From positions 16,232,275-16,296,274 of the forward strand of contig NC_134032.1 of NCBI RefSeq assembly GCF_964204645.1: DNA of 64,000 bases. Direction: 5' to 3'. A program made the translations under genes and the position numbers. The stretch is from Tubulanus polymorphus (Eukaryota; Animalia; Nemertea). Every line of letters begins with the position of its first letter. Position 1 is the stretch's first letter. A model generated the notes under the pieces. That model was given only the letters and a program-made list of their open reading frames with translations, made no database searches and was not told the DNA's origin. Shown here one piece after another: positions 58,949 through 64,000 of the stretch.

Positions 58949-60249
58949 GATCTCAGCATGAATGATAGAAAAATAATGAAAAGAAATACATGTTAGAATA
59001 TAATCATACAGTAGACAGAGTAAGGTTTAACTGCTTTGACTCGTGGTAAAAACATGTGCTTCAAATCAGGAATTGTCAATGTTCCTGAATCTCTTGTGTC
59101 AAATGATACATGTATTTCAAAGTGTGACATTCCAGCGCACTTTGAGTTCATTCCCATGAAATACATTACATGATGAGGCTGCAATTGAATTAAAATTGAA
59201 TCACATAAAATACTCAAATATTTCACCAGCTGATTTGTCCATTCAAACCTAAGAATTTCGAATATATTTTTAAGATTCTAAATTCCTCGTGTAAACTAAA
59301 CTCGCCCCTAGTGGTTTATAAAAACGACTGACACCTCTTTCTTTCTTTCTTTCGTTCTTTCTTTCTTTCTTTCTTTCTTTCTCTTTTTGTGCCCGTGAAT
59401 TATGCTTAAACATGTTCGAGGTGATTTTTTCAAACTGTTTTAAGGTGCGTCCCCGCAGACAACTGAGGCTAGGATAGAAATACCTGTATCTCATGACGCA
59501 CATGACTACCCAATCGAGTAATTGACTCTCGGGCCTCGGAGTCCGCGGTTCAGTAAAGGAGCGTCCGATGCCCTCATGCTATCGTCCTCCCCGGGCGGCA
59601 TTTCGCCATCCCTGTCACCGAGCATATTCACTTTAAGGGCTACCACCCCCCTTACCGCCACCACTATTTTTCTTCCCGCCGTCTCGCAACCACAGAAACA
59701 AGTTTAACTCGGAAAAGGAAGAACCCGAATGGATTCAATTGGATTTATACGTGTGGTCAGGTTTGGGTTCGGATCCCGAGGCACCGAGCACAGCGTATTT
59801 CAATGTGACCAGTTTGTCACCTTCCGTCGCTGATTCAGAATAAATTCTCAAAGTGAGATTAGAAATAAATCAGCGATTTCAAATAATTTAGAAATCAACA
59901 AATAAAATATCTGGATTTCATGAATCCAATGAAAACCAATTCTAGACCTCGTGATTGAACAAATGAATTTTGAATTTTGACAGTAATTACATAAGAAAAA
60001 GGTTTAGAAATATTGAGCCATTTGACAACCACACATTGAATCATGTATTTAATCAGAAATCACTCAAAACAGTCAAAAGTTCTCATCGACAACTGGTCAA
60101 ATTGTTATCTTTACACAGCATATCTTATATCTTTAGCATCTTTAGATTTTCAAAATCAAGGAGAATTCAAACCTCAGAAAAAATTCATATCAGCAATTTT
60201 TAGGTGTAATTATTACTCACCTTCTGTAGCGCGTGGATGTTAAATTTAT

Positions 60250-61433
60250 CAGTTCACCAGACAGCGTCTCACTGGGGGTAGATTCTAGGATGTTGAGTTC
60301 ACCAGACAGTGTCACACTGGGGGTAGATTCTAGGATGTTGAGTTCACCAGACAGTGTCTCACTGGGGGTAGATTCTGTAGCACTTGGATGTTGAGTTCAC
60401 CAGACAGTGTCACACTGGGGGTAGATTCTAGGATGTTGAGTTCACCAGACAGTGTCACACTGGGGGTAGATTCTAGGATGTTGAGTTCACCAGACAGTGT
60501 CTCACTGGGGGTAGATTCTGTAGCACTTGGATGTTGAGTTCACCAGACAGTGTCTCACTGGGGGTAGATTCTGTAGCACTTGGATGTTGAGTTCACCAGA
60601 CAGTGTCTCACTGGGGGTAGATTCTGTAGCACTTGGATGTTGAGTTCACCAGACAGTGTCACACTGGGGGTAGATTCTGTAGCACTTGGATGTTGAGTTC
60701 ACCAGACAGTGTCACACTGGGGGTAGATTCTGCAGCACTTGGATGTTGAGTTCACCAGACAGTGTCTCACTGGGGGTAGATTCTGCAGCACTTGGATGTT
60801 GAGTTCACCAGACAGTGTCTCACTGGGGGTAGATTCTGCAGCACTTGGATGTTGAGTTCACCAGACAGTGTCTCACTGGGGATAGATTCTGCAGCACTTG
60901 GATGTTGAGTTCACCAGACAGTGTCTCACTGGAGGTAGATTCTGCAGCACTTGGATGTTGAGTTCACCAGACAGTGTCTCACTGGAGGTAGATTCTGCAG
61001 CACTTGGATGTTGAGTTCACCAGACAGTGTCTCACTGGAGGTAGATTCTGCAGCACTTGGATGTTGAGTTCACCAGACAGTGTCTCACTGGGGGTAGATT
61101 CTGTAGCACTTGGATGTTGAGTTCACCAGACAGTGTCTCACTGGGGGTAGATTCTGCAGCACTTGGATGTTGAGTTCACCAGACAGTGTCTCACTGGGGG
61201 TAGATTCTGTAGCACTTGGATGTTGAGTTCACCAGACAGTGTCTCACTGGGGGTAGATTCAGCAGCACTTGGATGTTGAGTTCACCAGACAGTGTCTCAC
61301 TGGGGGTAGATTCTGTAGCACTTGGATGTTGAGTTCACCAGACAGTGTCTCACTGGGGGTAGATTCTGTAGCACTTGGATGTTGAGTTCACCAGACAGTG
61401 TCTCACTGGGGGTAGATTCTGCAGCACTTGGAT
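60250..61433. repeat. 45/53-bp minisatellite array 2, same family, ~23 copies
   Basis: Same unit as 58446-58948, more homogeneous. Confidence 0.95.
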
Positions 61434-63377
61434 AGTTTAACCTTGGGCTGAAGGCTGTAAAGGTAAAATTCCACGATTGAAATATCTAGAAAATCTCATG
61501 ATTTTATCCAATTTCCCTGCATACATACTCACCAGATCTGGAGTCAGCTAATTGGTCTTGGCTGTGGATTAGCGACTAGTTCAGGCAATATCAACCACTG
61601 AAATGTGAAAACAGACATTGCTTAAATTCTAATACATGTATTTATCAAGATTTAAAGATGATTTCTATCCTGCACTCAGCACTCATGCTGCATTAGAAAA
61701 TATTTTTTGGCTATTAATGTAAAAATGTTTTCTGACACAGTCTGATTTGTGTCAGGTTATAACTGTAGAAGTTTCACTCATTGTTTCAGTCTAATAGAGA
61801 TATAACTGATGTACATGTAACATTGACTGTGTAACACTGCAGTCATTTATTCACTTATTCCTCCTCAGTTTGAAGAATGTTTGTTCTCTCATCTTCATTA
61901 GCAATAAGAATCATTCTCATCGGTGTAACTAAAACATCGTAACATTTCTACTTATTCACTCGTAGAGGGAATGAGTACTATGGCGTTTGGGTATGGAATG
62001 GGGCAGGATATGGTGTGGTTGACATGTTAGGGGAGGATAGGACATTGTGATGAGGTAAGGTCAGGTTGAATGATGCTGGGTTATTTGATGTGGTTGGATT
62101 CGATGATCAGTTTAATATAGAACTGTTTTGGGGTAAGTGATGTATGTGGTAGTGTACGGTGTGTATGTTCAGGAGGATGTATAACGGATTGAAAGGTTAC
62201 TGGTAGAGGGCGGTACAGTAGTGACACTGGTTTGGTTTATGTAGGGTAGGGGCTGGTGTACAGGGTTAAGGATAGGGTAATGCATGGGTGGAGTGATGGG
62301 AGAGGAAAAGTGTGGGTAATGTGAGGAAGGGTATTTTGGTGTTGTTGAGGTGAGGATGATTTTGGTAGAATTGTTCAGATATCTGCACAGATGTTGGGGT
62401 GGGGCTAGGACAGTTGAGGTACGATGAGTGATAGTAGTGCTTCCCTTTAGACATCTCAATGTCTCTAATCCTTTCAAATCAATCCCTTATTCCTTACAGC
62501 TATTCACATTTTGAAATAAGATAATAATTACTGGCTTTCGATTGAAATCAGCCAGATTTTCAAGATTTACCTGAGGATGAAAATATATCGACATCTACTT
62601 TGACAGATTCCATCATAAACAGCATCATTGGATAGGATTGGATTGTACATTCACGAGTAGTGGAAGGAGCTATGGATGTGACGTCTAAGGCCTATAATGA
62701 ACTACTAGTTGCAAAGTAGTCGAGGATGTAAATACCACTAGAATCAGATGATCTGGAATAAGCTATGAATGTGATTCATTTGAGATAAAATCTATAGGAA
62801 CAACAGACATAAAGAATTATAGACTAAAATCAATCAGATGATCTCAAACTAAAGCTAAAACAAGTTAGATATTTTAGTCCTATCTCTCCATGCCTCCCAT
62901 TCACTCAAACTACTCCTCCGTTCCATGAAATACTAGGAGATGATACCTGGAAGATATTGAATATCAAGACACCATCAAAACAATGATAAATCAGTAACAA
63001 TATTTTGAATGTGTGTCACATTTTAACAAGTGAATGATTCATGAAGCAAATGACAACAAATCTTCAGGGATGGGTTTCATAGTTGTGGAACATTAAAATA
63101 ATCCCTGGGAAAATTTTTAACCATGGTTTTAACTTTGTCTTCTTAGTCAATAAAACTGAGCCCAAATCTCAGATAGGATAGTTTTTACCCTACTACCAGC
63201 TTGGAAACAGCAAACTGTTGAAAAATAAACTCTGAACCCACAATAGTTTGTAAATTCAAGGTTTACCGTAAAATATTTCTTATATTTATCACTTTACGTC
63301 CAGTGGTACTTGAAACTCACCGCCTCCTCTCTCTCTCTCTCACTAGCCATTTTTTGTGAGCATTTTTAAGCACATGA

Positions 63378-63640
63378 GGTAGGTATAGACCACTGCCCGC
63401 TCTCTAAGCCAGCAGGGGACTACCCTTCGGACCCCACTTTTGTGCTTGGTGGCTTTAAGCTCACCTTTTCTTGAGTCGAGGTAGGAATAGACCACTGCCT
63501 ACCCGCTAGGCGGACAGTGGACTAAACCTTCGAATTGCTCTCGGACCCCACTCTTTATATATTTTTTTCTTTTCTTTTTGAGTCGAGGTAGTAATAGACC
63601 ACTGCCTACCCGCTAGGGGGACAGTGGAATAAACCCTCCA
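63378..63640. repeat. ~100-bp repeat x3
   Basis: gaggtag(g/t)aatagaccactgcctacccgctagg.ggacagtgga.taaacc. Confidence 0.8.
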
Positions 63641-64000
63641 CTCTTCATGTTCATTCTTTTTCTTATGGCTGTCTCTCCTGGCTATGGTATCAGTACCACC
63701 CAGCAGTAAGTGTATATATAGGAAATATAGTAATTGAACTGGGTTTAAATCTATCTCAATCAGTGCTTTTAAAGCCAGTAGTAGGGCAGCAGTTCACTGT
63801 AATCAGTCAGGATCATTGTTTGATGATATTGTTTATTTGCAGTGCCATTTGTTCCATGAAACAAGCTTCAATTCCTAAATGAATCGATGAATTCAATCTT
63901 CAATTGCATCATTCTCAAAGTATCTCATGAAGAGATTTTGGAATAGCTAGCGCGGGAAGGAGGTCGGGAAGGTAAGGCTAGGTACGATACTGAAACCTGG

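Larger units (their letters stand above)
57681..62691 (-). pseudogene. 3' part of a spliced minus-strand transcript with no continuous ORF (lncRNA or decayed gene)
   Basis: Exon-like blocks 61597-61533 (tttcag / gtgagt, stops in all 3 frames) and 61454-60221 (ttacag / gtgagt, satellite-filled); donor at 62570; minus-strand AATAAA at 57681-57686; region visibly CpG-poor. Confidence 0.3.

Noticed and set aside
59506-59625. Minus-strand MLGDRDGEMPPGEDD... start in a CpG-rich patch
   Set aside because: Stops after 39 codons and no convincing spliced continuation was found.

Overview
Eukaryotic, intron-rich, repeat-rich animal DNA that looks like a non-vertebrate bilaterian; the taxon cannot be fixed from the sequence. 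It is not prokaryotic, and almost all long ORFs in the supplied track are artefacts of tandem repeats. Two spliced genes can be rebuilt by hand with consistent GT-AG phases. (1) Hey, a bHLH-Orange-YRPW Notch effector, on + at 30594-35666 (5 exons, 324 aa). It lies in a ~45 kb CpG-rich stretch with no other supportable CDS. That stretch contains CSL/Su(H) sites, CACGTG boxes, an unexplained recurrent GCAGACGA motif and a 14-unit minisatellite carrying CTCF-consensus sites about 1 kb upstream of the promoter. (2) An unrecognised type-I receptor on - at 55858-46576 (27 exons, ~1280 aa): signal peptide, 7 tandem CUB domains, TM helix and an acidic tail with 18 ED[D/T]Y motifs. Its duplicated CUB exons vary at predicted ligand-binding loops while neighbouring introns are nearly identical, suggesting a diversifying recognition receptor. 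From 57.7 to 64 kb the sequence looks like the 3' end of a minus-strand non-coding or decayed transcript with satellite-filled exons. MITEs, tRNA-derived repeats, a Penelope-like fragment and many micro/minisatellites are interspersed. All coordinates and counts were read by eye and may be off by a few.
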